Assembly (NCBI GenBank): GCA_963718235.1
Contig: CAVQYR010000001.1
Span: forward strand, 992,001-1,056,000
DNA length: 64,000 bases
Origin: an uncultured Actinomycetota bacterium
GTDB taxonomy: Bacteria > Actinomycetota > Actinomycetes > JAHEKZ01
Direction: 5' to 3'
Positions 28,786 through 42,482 of the stretch are shown here, in pieces (positions within the stretch are counted from its first letter, which is position 1; every line of letters starts with the position of its first letter). Below the pieces are notes generated by a model. It was not told where the DNA came from, did not search any database, and saw nothing but the letters and a program-made list of their open reading frames with translations. The translations under genes and the position numbers were made by a program.

Positions 28786-31200
28786 CCGCGCACGAGACCG
28801 ACCGTCGCTCGCCCGCGAAGGTCGACCTCGACCTGCTCGAGGAGATCCAACGGCGGGTGCTGTGGCTGGCCGTGCGCATGGTGGACTCCGCCAACCACGA
28901 CCGGGTCGCAGCGGATGGTGACGACGGCGTCAAGGTCGGTGGGCACCAGGCGTCGTCCGCCTCGTCGGTGAGCGTGATGACGGCGCTGTGGTTCGCCCAC
29001 CTCGATGCTCCCGACCGGGTGGCGGTGAAGCCCCACGCCTCTCCGGTCTTCCACGCCATCCAGTACCTGCTGGGCAACCTGGACCGCTCGTACCTGACCC
29101 GGCTTCGGGCGCGCGGGGGGCTGCAGTCCTACCCCTCACGCACCAAGGATCCGGACGCCGTCGACTTCTCCACCGGCTCCGTGGGGCTGGGCGCCGCCGC
29201 GCCGTTGTTCGCCGCGGTCACCCGGCGCTACGTCGACGCGCACTTCGGCGAGCGACCTGCGTCGCGTTTCGTCGCCCTGCTGGGTGATGCCGAGCTCGAC
29301 GAGGGCAACGTGTGGGAGGCGGTGTCCGACCAGAGCACCCATGGGCTCGGCAACGTGACCTGGATCGTCGACTTCAACCGGCAGTCGCTGGACCGGGTGG
29401 TCCCCGGTGTGCGGATCGAGCAGTGGCGGGCGCAGTTCGAGGCGGCCGGCTGGCACGTGGTCGACGTCAAGTACGGACGTCGGCTCACCCAGCAGTTCTC
29501 GCTGACCGGGGGCAGCGCCCTGCGCGGGTGGATCGACGCGATGCCCAACGAGCAGTACCAGTCGCTGTTCGGCCTGACCGGGCCGGCGCTGCGGGATCGC
29601 TTCCTCGACGGTGCCCCTGATGGGGTCGGCGCCGTGGTGTCCGCGCTGACCGACGACGAGCTCGGGCCGCTGGTCACCGACCTCGGCGGGCACGACCTGG
29701 GTGCCCTGCTCGACGCCTTCGCCGAGTGCGACGCGGTCACCGACCGGCCGAGCGTCGTGTTCGCGTACACCGTCAAGGGGTGGGGGCTGCCGCTCGCCGG
29801 TCACCCACGCAACCACTCCGCCCTGCTCGACGACCCAGCAGGTGGCCGACCTGCGTGCGGCCACGGGACTGGGGGTCGACGACGAGTGGGACCGGTTCGA
29901 CCCGCAGTCGGCGGCCGGGGTGTGGGCTGCCACCCGAAGGGAACGGCTCAGCCGACCCCCCGCCGACCCGGTCCTGGCCGTCCCGGTCCCCGAGGCGACC
30001 GGTGTTCGGACCGCTCGCCCTCTGTCCACCCAGGAGGCGTTCGGTCGGGTTCTCGTCGAGCTGTCCCGTCATGAACCGGTTGCCCGGCACCTCGTCACGA
30101 CTGCTCCAGACGTCGCGACGTCGACGAACCTCGCCGGCTTCATCAACCGGACAGGGGTCTTCGCCCCCGAGGACCGACGGACCTGGAACGAGGACCCGGT
30201 GCTGCGTTGGGCCGAAGGCCCCAGCGGTCAGCACATCGAGCTGGGGATCTCGGAGATGAACCTGTTCGCGCTGCTCGGTCAGCTCGGCGTTGCCTGGGAC
30301 CTGTCGGAGCAGCCGCTGCTCGCCATCGGCACCGTGTACGACCCGTTCGTCCTGCGTGGCCTCGATGCCTTCGTCCACGCGGTGTACTCCGGCGCACGCT
30401 TCGTGGTCGCGGGCACCCCGTCCGGTGTGACGCTGGCTCCGGAGGGTGGGGCGCACCAGTCGACGATCACCGCGTCGGTCGGCCTGGAGCTGCCCGGTGT
30501 GACGTTCATCGAGCCGGCCTTCGCCACCTCCCTGGACTGGCTGCTCTGCGATGCACTCGGGCGCATCGCAGCCGGACCGTCCCGCAACCCCACCGCGGCG
30601 CCGAGTGACGACGGCGCGTACTACTTCAGGCTGAGCACCCGCCCGACCGACCAAGCCCCCTTCGAGGCGGCCCGGGCGCGACTCGGCGACGCGGTGCTCC
30701 GGCGACAGGTGCTGGCCGGTGCCTACCGACTCGTCGACGCCTTCGCCGCGCACCCGGAGCTCGCCGAAGCCAGGGCCCGGGCGGAGTCGGTGCCCGTCGT
30801 GCAGCTGGTGGCGTCGGGAGCAGTGCTGCCCGAGACGCTGTCCGCCGCCGCCGAGCTGGCCGACGAGGGCATCGCGGCGCACGTCGTCGACGTCACCTCG
30901 TTGGACCGCCTCTACCGGGCGTGGCAGAGGACCTTGAGGCAAGGCGTGCGTACGGCCTCCGCACCCTCCCTCGCCGGGGCTCTGCGGGCCGTCTTCCCGG
31001 AGCCGGCTCCCGTCGTGACGGTTCACGACGCGTCGTCGCACGCGATGGCGTGGGTCGGCTCGGCCCTCGGCGTCCCGGCCGTCCCCCTCGGGGTCGACGA
31101 GTTCGGCCAGTCCGGCTCGGTCCAGGAGCTGTACGAGCTGCACGACCTGCTGCCAGGCGCGATCGTCAACGCCGCGTTGGCGGCCTTGTCGCTTCGCTGA
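28782..31200 (+). CDS. Homodimeric 2-oxo-acid dehydrogenase E1 (AceE/MdeB-like); frameshift near 29835
   Basis: KVGGHQASSAS, QSYPSRTKD, TGSVGLG, ThDP motif GDAELDEG..N, HIELGISEMN and LAPEGGAHQS; split across two overlapping ORFs. Confidence 0.88.
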
Positions 31201-31224
31201 TCGGATCCGCCGTACGGTGGGGCC

Positions 31225-31849
31225 ATGGCTCGCGAGACCTCGCAGACCCTCGACCGCGGCTTGACCGTGCTCGAGCTGCTGGGCCGCCGTCCCGACGGCA
31301 TGAGCGTCAACGAGCTCGCCGGTGCGCTGAGCGTGGGGCGCACGGTCGTCTACCGGCTGGTCGCGACGTTGGAGGACCACGGGCTCGTGCGCCGCGACCC
31401 CGAGGGCAGGGTGCGGCTGTGGCTGGGGGTCGTCCCCCTCGCCCGGGCGGTCCAGCCGCTGTTGCGGGGCACCGCGCTGCCCGTGCTGCGGCGGCTGGCC
31501 GACGAGGTCGGTGCGACCGCACACCTCACCGTGGCCGACGGGGGCGAGGCCCTGGCCGTCGCTGTGGTCGAACCGGCGTGGACCGACCTGCACGTCGCCT
31601 ACCGTGAGGGCTCCCGCCACTCCTTCGACAAGGGCGCAGCCGGTCGCGCGCTGCTGCGGCTGCGTGAGGGCAGCCCCGGCCTCGTGGCCAGCGCGGGTGA
31701 GCTGCAGGCCGGAGCACACGGCATCGCGGCACCGGTCGCCGGACTGCCGGGGATCGAGGCGAGCGTGGGTGTCGTGGCGCTCGGGCCCCTCGACCCGGCG
31801 GTGGTGGGGCCGGTCGTGCTCGCCGCAGCGGCCGAGCTGGGTCGGCTCC

Positions 31850-31860
<11 letters not shown>
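31225..31860 (+). CDS. IclR family regulator (HpdR-like)
   Basis: SQTLDRGLTVLELL..RTVVYRLVATLEDHGLV; C-terminal GELQAGAHGIAAPV. Confidence 0.9.
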
Positions 31861-33561
<1,701 letters not shown>

Positions 33562-33576
33562 GTCGTAGGAGCGTTC

Positions 33577-34971
<1,395 letters not shown>

Positions 34972-34975
<4 letters not shown>

Positions 34976-36210
34976 TCGGCCTGGCCCTGGTCGGCCGGGC
35001 GGACCGTCCCGCTGACGGCACCGAACCCGATCCGGGTCCCGGCGGCGCCGGGTGCGGACGCAGTGAGGGTGACCGTGTCGCCGTCCTGCAGGAAGCTGCG
35101 CTCGGTGCCGTCGTCCAGCGTGAACGGCTCGCTGCCGCCCCACGACAGCTCGAGCAGCGACCCGCGCTGCTCGCGAGCAGGCCCGGTCACCGTGCCCGAG
35201 GCGAACAGGTCGCCGGTCCGCAGCGAGGCGCCGTTGACGGTGAGGTGCGCCAGCTGTTGCCCGGGGGTCCAGTACTGGGTGCGGAACGGGGGTCGGGAGA
35301 CCACTGTGCCGTTCAGCTCGACGGTCAGCTCGAGGTCGAGCGACCACGGGTCGTCGTCGCGCAGGTAGTCGAAGACCGGTGGGTCCTGTCGCGGGGGAGT
35401 CACGCGCGCGGCCGCCAGGGCGTCGAGGGGGACGACCCAGGGGGAGATCGACGTGGCGAACGACTTGGCCAGGAACGGTCCGAGCGGCTGGTACTCCCAC
35501 GCCTGGATGTCGCGCGCCGACCAGTCGTTGACGAGCACGACCCCGAATACGTGCTCGCGCAGCGCGGACGCACTGACCGACGAACCGAGTGCTGAGCCGG
35601 TGCCGACGACGAACCCGACCTCGGCCTCGATGTCCAGGCGCTGCGAGGGGCCGAATGTCGGCGCCTCGGCGCCGCGCGGCCTGCGCTGGCCCTTCGGTCG
35701 CACGACCGGGGTGCCGGACACCACGACCGTGCCGGCGCGACCGTGGTAGCCGATCGGTAGTGACTTCCAGTTGTCCGGCAGGCTCGGGGCGTCCGGACGG
35801 AAGATGGCCCCGACGTTCAAGGCGTGCTGCTCCGAGGAGTAGAAGTCGACGTAGTCGGCAACCTCGAACGGAAGGTGGTTGACCAGCGCGTCGCGGGGGT
35901 GAAGCAGAGGTGCCAGCCGACTCGCGTAGGAACGGTCGCTGACCAGCTCGACGAGCCGGTTGCGCAAGGCGGCCCACACCGGTCGCCCCTGGGCGAGCAA
36001 CGGGTTGAGTGCAGGCGCGCGCAGCGTCGTCAGCGGGGAGTCGACGACCTCGTCGAGGAGTCCGAGCTCGGCGACAGCGCCCAGGTCGAGGGCATGGTCG
36101 CCCAGGGCGACGGCCACGACTGCGGGCCTGCCGTCCCTCGAGACGATGCCGTACGGCAGGTTCTCGACCGGGAACGGGGAGTCGGCCGGGACGGACCACC
36201 AGGGAGGCAT
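34972..36210 (-). CDS. fahA: Fumarylacetoacetase
   Basis: FPVENLPYG, DYVDFYSS..HA, PIGYHGRA, LDIEAE, NDWSARDIQAWEYQPLGPF and GDLFASGT motifs. Confidence 0.95.
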
Positions 36211-36211
36211 C

Positions 36212-37048
36212 TCACTCGCTCGCAATCAGGTCGAGGCGTCGAAGGTCGTCGAAGGGTCCGGTGATGCTGCACGAACCGAAGCTGCGGTAGATCTCGCGGA
36301 GCCGGACGATGTCGCAGGAGGCGATCGTCTCGACCAGGGGGCCGGCCTCGTCGACGCCCAGCAGGTCGGCGCAGTCCTTCGGCGTCGCTCCGAGCAGCGC
36401 CGACGCCGTGGCGGCCAGGGTGTTGAGGAAGCCGTGCTGACGGGCCCCCGTGTCGGCGTCGACGTGGGGCAGCGCGGCATGCAAGCCCGCGGTCAGCTTG
36501 AACGGGAGCCTGCGGACGGCGCACGCGTGCAGGAAGGAGGCCAGGGTCCCGGCATCGGGCACGTCGTCGGCGTGGGGACCACAACGGAACTTGGCTGCCT
36601 CCGCGCCGTCGTCGTGCAGCACGTCGAGCGCGTCGAGCAGCTGAGGGCCCGCCGGGAGCTCGAGGTACGTGGGGGTCGTGAACTCCAGGGCCGACAGGGT
36701 CAGCTCGACCGCGTGGGCGAGGTCCTGCTCGGGCAGCCGCAGCTCGTACTGGACCGGGCGCAGCCAGTGCTGGTCGGCCAGCAGGTCGCGGGCGGCCACG
36801 AGCGAGCCGAGCCCGTCGTCGGCCACCACGCCGACCGCCAGGTCGTCGTCGGCGTCGACGAGGTCGAGCGCCGCGGAGACCGCCGAGGCCGGCAGCAGCA
36901 GGGGACCGACGAGCGGCTCGACCGGGGTGTCGCGGTACCCGCGGTGGGTGCGCAGCGCGACGTCGAGGGCGGCGCTGCCCGGCGGGAAGACCGCGGCGTC
37001 GTCGACGAGGTGGTCGGTGAGACCGGGAAGGGTTGACACCTGCGGCAC
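36212..37048 (-). CDS. Conserved hypothetical enzyme between hmgA and fahA
   Basis: LVDDAAVFPPG, AKFRCG, FKLTAGLHAA, HGFLN and SFGSCS..P..DL motifs; start may be GTG 37039. Confidence 0.8.
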   Translation of the reverse strand: MPQVSTLPGLTDHLVDDAAVFPPGSAALDVALRTHRGYRDTPVEPLVGPLLLPASAVSAALDLVDADDDLAVGVVADDGLGSLVAARDLLADQHWLRPVQYELRLPEQDLAHAVELTLSALEFTTPTYLELPAGPQLLDALDVLHDDGAEAAKFRCGPHADDVPDAGTLASFLHACAVRRLPFKLTAGLHAALPHVDADTGARQHGFLNTLAATASALLGATPKDCADLLGVDEAGPLVETIASCDIVRLREIYRSFGSCSITGPFDDLRRLDLIASE

Positions 37049-37112
37049 GCTAGCCGATCGTTGACTGAGCGGTGCTCAACATACCGACTATCGGACAATA
37101 CTGGAGCACGCC

Positions 37113-38291
37113 ATGCCGTTCTACCGGTCGGTCGGAGACGTTCCCCGCAAGCGGCACACCCAGTTCCGCCGGCCCGACGGCGGGCTCTTCGCCGAGGAGC
37201 TGATGGGCCAGCAGGGCTTCTCCAGCGTGTCCGCCCTTCTCTACCACCGACACCTGCCGACCGCGATCGTGGCGGCGCGGACCTGGCAGCCGGCCGGCTC
37301 CACCGTGCCGCCGGTCGCCAATCATCCGCTGCTGCCACGACACGTGCGCTCCCATGCTCTCGACCCGGCCGAGCCGACCGACGCAGTCACCGGACGTCGA
37401 CTGCTGTTTGCCAACTCCGACGTCGCGCTGTCCTACGCGGTGGCGGCCATCGCCTCACCGCTCTACCGAAACGCGGTGGGCGACGAGGTGCTGTACGTCG
37501 AGTCCGGCACCGGCAGCGTCGAGACGGTGTTCGGCGTCGTCGACGCGCGCGCGGGCGACTACCTGGTGCTGCCGACGTCGACGACCTACCGAGTCGTCCC
37601 GGCAGGTACCGAGCCGCTTCGGCTGCTCGTCGTGGAGGCGTCCGGTCACGTCGAGCCACCGTCTCGCTACCTGTCCAGGAGCGGTCAGTTCCTCGAGCAC
37701 GCACCTTTCTGTGAGCGCGACCTGCGCAGCCCCACCGCGCCCCTTCTGGTCGAGGGCGACGACGTCGACGTGCTCGTCAAGCACCGCCAGGGGTTCACCC
37801 GCTACACCTACGCCCACCACCCGTTCGACGTCGTGGGCTGGGACGGCGGGCAGTACCCCTACGCCTTGTCCATCCACGACTTCGAGCCGATCACCGGGCG
37901 CCTGCACCAACCGCCACCGGTGCACCAGACCTTCGCCGGACCGAGCTTCGTCATCTGCTCGTTCGTGCCCCGACTGTTCGACTACCACCCCGAGGCGGTG
38001 CCTGCCCCCTACAACCACGCCAACGTCGACTCCGACGAGGTGCTCTTCTACTGCGGTGGGGACTTCATGAGCCGCAAGGGTGCGGGCATCGGCCAGGGCT
38101 CACTGACGCTGCACCCGAGCGGCTTCACGCACGGGCCCCAACCGGGCAGCGTCGAGGCCAGCATCGGCAAGGTGGCGACCGACGAGCTCGCGGTCATGGT
38201 CGACACGTTCTCGCCGCTCGCGGTGGGCAGCGCGGCCCTGGAGGCAGAGGACGTCGGGTACCCGTGGACCTGGTCGGGGCGATCACTCTGA
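37113..38291 (+). CDS. hmgA: Homogentisate 1,2-dioxygenase
   Basis: PRKRHTQFR, HPFDVVGWDG, HQPPPVHQTF, PYNHANVDSDE and LHPSGFTHGPQPG motifs. Confidence 0.95.
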   Translation: MPFYRSVGDVPRKRHTQFRRPDGGLFAEELMGQQGFSSVSALLYHRHLPTAIVAARTWQPAGSTVPPVANHPLLPRHVRSHALDPAEPTDAVTGRRLLFANSDVALSYAVAAIASPLYRNAVGDEVLYVESGTGSVETVFGVVDARAGDYLVLPTSTTYRVVPAGTEPLRLLVVEASGHVEPPSRYLSRSGQFLEHAPFCERDLRSPTAPLLVEGDDVDVLVKHRQGFTRYTYAHHPFDVVGWDGGQYPYALSIHDFEPITGRLHQPPPVHQTFAGPSFVICSFVPRLFDYHPEAVPAPYNHANVDSDEVLFYCGGDFMSRKGAGIGQGSLTLHPSGFTHGPQPGSVEASIGKVATDELAVMVDTFSPLAVGSAALEAEDVGYPWTWSGRSL

Positions 38292-38315
38292 ACCACCCCG
38301 GGCGAGCGCCGTCCC

Positions 38316-40082
38316 TCAGGTGAGGCAGCCCGAAGGCAGCTCGAACCAGCGCAGTGCGTCGAAGTCGTCGGACAGGGTCGCGGCGTGTACGTCGTCGTCG
38401 GGGAGCGCAGCCCGATCGGCGGCCATCTGCCGAGCCGCGTACAGGTAGGAGGCCAGCTCGCTGGCCGGGGCTCGCAGGCCGGTGCGTGGGTACGACATCG
38501 CCCCGGTGTCGTCGTAGGCGACGTCGCCGAGCCGCAGCAGCGAGTCGGCGGCGCGCTGGTCGCGGTGCTCCCAGAGCCCGGTGGCCGGGTCGAAGCGGTA
38601 GTCGCGTAGGAACAGGTGCCCGTGCTCGGCCACGAACTCCACGGCTCGCAGGATCGACTCGAACACCTCCTCCGGGATGAAGTAGTTGAAGTTCACCCGG
38701 ACCCAGCCGGGCTTGATGCCCTCGCAGCCCCCGGTGATCTCCCGCTCGTACTCGTGGGAGCGTTCGACGTCGATGCCGAGGAGCGCGTGACCGTAGGGGC
38801 CGGCGCACGAGCACCCCCCGCGGGCCTGGATCCCGAACAGGTCGTCCAGCAGGCTGACCACGGCGTTGTGGTGCAGGTAGGTGCCGTCGGGGCGGCGCAC
38901 GACGAAGGACACGATCGACAGCCGGTCCGCCTGGGTGTTGCCCAGCACCTGGAGCGAAGGCACCTCGGCCCAGGCGGTGATCGCCCGGCGCACGTAGTCC
39001 GACTCGTGAGCGCGGATCACCTCGGTCCCCACCGCGTCCTTGAGCTGGAACACCAGGCCGGCCCGGATCGACTCGACGATCGCCGGCGTACCCCCCTCCT
39101 CGCGCGCCTCGACGTCACTCAGGTACCGGTGCTCGACCGGGTTGACGTAGGCCACGGTGCCACCACCGACGACGTCGGGCACCCGGTTGGTCAACAGTGA
39201 CCGGCGGACCGCCAGGACGCCGGGGGTGCCGGGCCCGCCGACGAACTTGTGGGGGGACAGGACGACGGCGTCCTTGAACGCCAGCGGGTCGCCACCGGTC
39301 GGGGCGTTCATCTCGATGTCGATGTAAGGGGCGGCGGCGGCGAAGTCCCAGACGGCCAGGGCGTCGTAGCGGTGCAGCAACGCCGAGATCCCGAGGGTGT
39401 CGCTGACGATGCCCGTGACGTTGCTCGCCGCGCTGAAGGCGCCGATCCGCAGGGGTCGGTCGGGGAAGCGCCGCAGCTGCTCCTCGAGCACCGACTGGTC
39501 GATGTGGCCGTCGGCGTCCTCCGGGATCCGGACGACGTCGCAGATGGACTCCCGCCACGGCAGCTCGTTGGAGTGGTGCTCAAACGGCCCGACGAACACG
39601 ACCGGCCGCTCCGACGCGGGGATGGCGTCGGAGAGGTGGTAGCGGTCCTCCAGCACGGAGGGGATCCGCAGGCCCAGGACTCCGATCAGCCGGTCGATCG
39701 CACCCGTCGTGCCGGACCCGGCGAAGATCACCGCGACGTCGTCGTCCGCCCCGAGCGACGCGCGGATGAGCGCTCGGGCGTCCTCACGCAGCGCAGTGGT
39801 CTGGCGCCCGGTGGTGCTGCTCTCGGTGTGGGTGTTGGCGTAGCGGGGGAGCACCTCGTCGCGGATGAACGTCTCGATGAACGACAGGGCCCGACCGCTC
39901 GCGGTGTAGTCCGCGTAGGTGACCCGTCGGCGTCCGTACGGGCCGTCGACGGCGGCGTCATCGCCGATCACACCGGTGCGGATCCGGTCGAGCAGGGCTG
40001 GTTCGGGCAGCTGTGGGTCCCGCTCGGGAACGAGCACGCCGATCGCCTCCACCGGAAGTCGTCTCTGGGGTCCAGCCGCCAT
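38316..40082 (-). CDS. Class V aminotransferase-fold PLP enzyme (cysteine desulfurase-like, long form)
   Basis: YADYTASGR, EHHSNELPW, SAASNVTG, SPHKFVGGPG, EEGGTP and RGGCSCAGPYGH motifs. Confidence 0.88.
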   Translation of the reverse strand: MAAGPQRRLPVEAIGVLVPERDPQLPEPALLDRIRTGVIGDDAAVDGPYGRRRVTYADYTASGRALSFIETFIRDEVLPRYANTHTESSTTGRQTTALREDARALIRASLGADDDVAVIFAGSGTTGAIDRLIGVLGLRIPSVLEDRYHLSDAIPASERPVVFVGPFEHHSNELPWRESICDVVRIPEDADGHIDQSVLEEQLRRFPDRPLRIGAFSAASNVTGIVSDTLGISALLHRYDALAVWDFAAAAPYIDIEMNAPTGGDPLAFKDAVVLSPHKFVGGPGTPGVLAVRRSLLTNRVPDVVGGGTVAYVNPVEHRYLSDVEAREEGGTPAIVESIRAGLVFQLKDAVGTEVIRAHESDYVRRAITAWAEVPSLQVLGNTQADRLSIVSFVVRRPDGTYLHHNAVVSLLDDLFGIQARGGCSCAGPYGHALLGIDVERSHEYEREITGGCEGIKPGWVRVNFNYFIPEEVFESILRAVEFVAEHGHLFLRDYRFDPATGLWEHRDQRAADSLLRLGDVAYDDTGAMSYPRTGLRAPASELASYLYAARQMAADRAALPDDDVHAATLSDDFDALRWFELPSGCLT

Positions 40083-40198
40083 CCTGCCAGCGCGGCTCGG
40101 ACGGTTCGTCCGGTATCTGGGTCGGTGGTCAAGAACCGGCGGCGGACGGCCGAAGACCTCCCTAGCGTGACACCAGCCGATCCGGAGGGCTCTTCCTC

Positions 40199-41926
40199 GT
40201 GCACCCTCGACTCAGCCGCACCCTGGCCACGGCCCTGAGCCTCGCCGTCCTCGGTGCCGGTCTGGCGACGGTGGGGCCGGTGGCGGCCCAGGGCACCCCT
40301 GCAGGTGCCAAGCAACAGGCCGCGGTCCGGCCGATCGTGACTGGCTGGCTGCCCTACTGGATGCCCACCACGTCGACCTCGGCCGTGACCAGCCACGCCT
40401 CCTTGTTCGACGAGGCATCTCCGTTCCTCATGCAGACCACCTCGGCCAAGCGCATCACCTACCAGAGCTCCTCGTCGACGATGAACGCGATGGTGCAGTC
40501 GCTGCACGGCGCGGGTGTCAAGGTCGTGCCGACGCTCACCACGAGCATGGATGCCGACCGGTTCGCCACACTGCTCAGCAGTCGACGCCACCGCTCCGAG
40601 CACGTGCGGGTGATCGTCGCCATGGCCGAGCGGTTCGGTGTCGACGGGGTCGACCTCGACTACGAGGACATCAACTTCGGCAGCTCGGCTGCCAAGGATG
40701 TCGTGCGCGCGAAGTACCCGCTGCTCCTGGCCCAGCTCGACGCTGCTCTCGCGGCGGTCGGAATGGTCAGCTCGGTCACCGTGCCGGCGCGGCGCTCCGA
40801 CTCCGACCCCAACTGGTGGGTGTTCGACTACCCCGCTCTGGGCGCCGTCGTCGACCGGTTCAAGGTGATGACCTACGACTACAGCTGGGGTGGCGGCGCT
40901 CCGGGTCCGATTGCGCCCAAGAGCTGGGTGGACGACGTGATCGGCTACGCGGCGTCACGGGTCAGGCCGACCAAGATCTCGATCGGGCTGCCCGCGTACG
41001 GGCGCGACTGGTTCGTCCGCAAGGTCTCCGGGCGGTGTCCGGCGGCGGCGAGCGAGTCGGTCTCGCGGACCTCACAGGGGATGCAGGACTTCGCAGCCTC
41101 GCTCGGGGTCAAGCCGACGTGGAACGCCGCTCAGACGAGCAGCACCTTCAGCTACCGGCAGCGCTACAGCAACGCCGGGCGGTCCTGCACCGTGAAGCGG
41201 GTGGCGTGGTTCGACGACGCCCGCTCGGTCGCCGCCAAGCTGCCACTCGTGGCCAAGCACGGCGTTCGAGGAGTCGCCATCTGGGCCCTGGGCAACGAGA
41301 CCCCGGGCATGTGGGGCCGGCTGCACACCTTTGCGGCGAACCACCCGGTGCTGCCCACGACCCTCCGGGTCGATGTGCCGGCCTCGGTCACCTACGGCCG
41401 TAACTCGACGGTGAGCGGCGTCGTTCGGGTCGACGGACAGCTGGCCTCTGGCGCCCGGGTCTCGCTGTGGCGGCGTCCGCTCGGTGGTCGCTGGACGGAG
41501 GTCGGCCACGCCGTCTCCGGCACCCGTGGTGGGGTGCAGTTCTCCGTGTCGCCCCACCGTCACAGCAGCTACCGACTGACGACGTCTGCGACCTGGCACC
41601 ACCGGGCGGCGCACAGCGTCGCGAAGACGTCTCGGGTCTCCTACGCGGTGTCCGTGGCCAGGACCAGGGCCCGGGTCTCCACCGCGGCGCAGACCTTCGA
41701 CCTCAGCGGCGCGGTCGCCCCGGCGCTGCCCGGCACCAGGGTCGAGCTCCAGCGCCTCCTGCACGGACGTTGGCTGGCTCGAGGTGCCACCGCCGTGGGT
41801 CCGGCCGGTCGGTTCACCTTCTCGGTCAGCACCCGCAAGGCCGGGGTGCGCACGTTGCGCGTCGTGGCCCTGCCCGGACAGCTGGACGCCGGACGCAGCG
41901 CACGGGTCAGGCTGACCGTCCCCTGA
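40199..41926 (+). CDS. Secreted glycoside hydrolase family 18 with C-terminal beta-rich domains
   Basis: Signal peptide, catalytic DGVDLDYE, VMTYDY, GLPAYGRDW and GVAIWALG motifs. Confidence 0.88.
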   Translation: MHPRLSRTLATALSLAVLGAGLATVGPVAAQGTPAGAKQQAAVRPIVTGWLPYWMPTTSTSAVTSHASLFDEASPFLMQTTSAKRITYQSSSSTMNAMVQSLHGAGVKVVPTLTTSMDADRFATLLSSRRHRSEHVRVIVAMAERFGVDGVDLDYEDINFGSSAAKDVVRAKYPLLLAQLDAALAAVGMVSSVTVPARRSDSDPNWWVFDYPALGAVVDRFKVMTYDYSWGGGAPGPIAPKSWVDDVIGYAASRVRPTKISIGLPAYGRDWFVRKVSGRCPAAASESVSRTSQGMQDFAASLGVKPTWNAAQTSSTFSYRQRYSNAGRSCTVKRVAWFDDARSVAAKLPLVAKHGVRGVAIWALGNETPGMWGRLHTFAANHPVLPTTLRVDVPASVTYGRNSTVSGVVRVDGQLASGARVSLWRRPLGGRWTEVGHAVSGTRGGVQFSVSPHRHSSYRLTTSATWHHRAAHSVAKTSRVSYAVSVARTRARVSTAAQTFDLSGAVAPALPGTRVELQRLLHGRWLARGATAVGPAGRFTFSVSTRKAGVRTLRVVALPGQLDAGRSARVRLTVP

Positions 41927-42482
41927 CCAGCTCGACCCCGGACTCGGCCAGTTCCGCCAGCGCAGCCTGGGTCGTCGGCTCGGCCACGCCGGCGGTCAGG
42001 TCGACCAGGACCCGTGTGGCCAGTCCCTCACGGACGGCGTCCAGGGCGGTCGCGCGCACGCAGTAGTCGGTGGCGATGCCGACGATGTCGACCTCGGTGA
42101 CACCGCGGTCGCGCAGCCACTGGGCCAGTGACTCACCCTGCGCGTCGGCGCCCTCGAAGCCCGAGTAGGCCGCGGTGTACTCACCCTTGTCGAACACCGC
42201 CTGGATCGGGTCGGTGCGCAGGTCCGGGTGCAGCCGCACCCCTGGTGTGCCCACGACGCAGTGGGCCGGCCAGCTGTCGACGAAGTCGGGAGCCTCGGCG
42301 AAGTGGTGCCCCGGGTCGACGTGGTGGTCGCGAGTGGCGACCACGGCCGCGTAGTCGCCACCGGCGCGCTCGAGGTAGGCGGACACCCCGGCGGCCACTG
42401 CAGCACCCCCCGCCACGGCCAGAGACCCGCCCTCGCAGAAGTCGTTCTGCACGTCGACGATGACGAGTGCGCGGGTGGTCAT
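41907..42482 (-). CDS. pncA: Nicotinamidase/pyrazinamidase
   Basis: ALVIVDVQNDFCEGGSL, WPAHCV, AYSGFEG and GIATDYCV motifs. Confidence 0.95.
   Translation of the reverse strand: MTTRALVIVDVQNDFCEGGSLAVAGGAAVAAGVSAYLERAGGDYAAVVATRDHHVDPGHHFAEAPDFVDSWPAHCVVGTPGVRLHPDLRTDPIQAVFDKGEYTAAYSGFEGADAQGESLAQWLRDRGVTEVDIVGIATDYCVRATALDAVREGLATRVLVDLTAGVAEPTTQAALAELAESGVELVRGRSA

Noticed and set aside
34976-35595. 200-aa C-terminal extension of the M1 peptidase in the ORF track
   Set aside because: It is antisense fahA sequence; a 1-bp correction ends the gene at 34975, sharing CTAG with the fahA stop.
37082-37096. Possible IclR operator TACCG-ACTAT-CGGAC upstream of hmgA
   Set aside because: Only one half-site matches well; too weak to call without a motif model.
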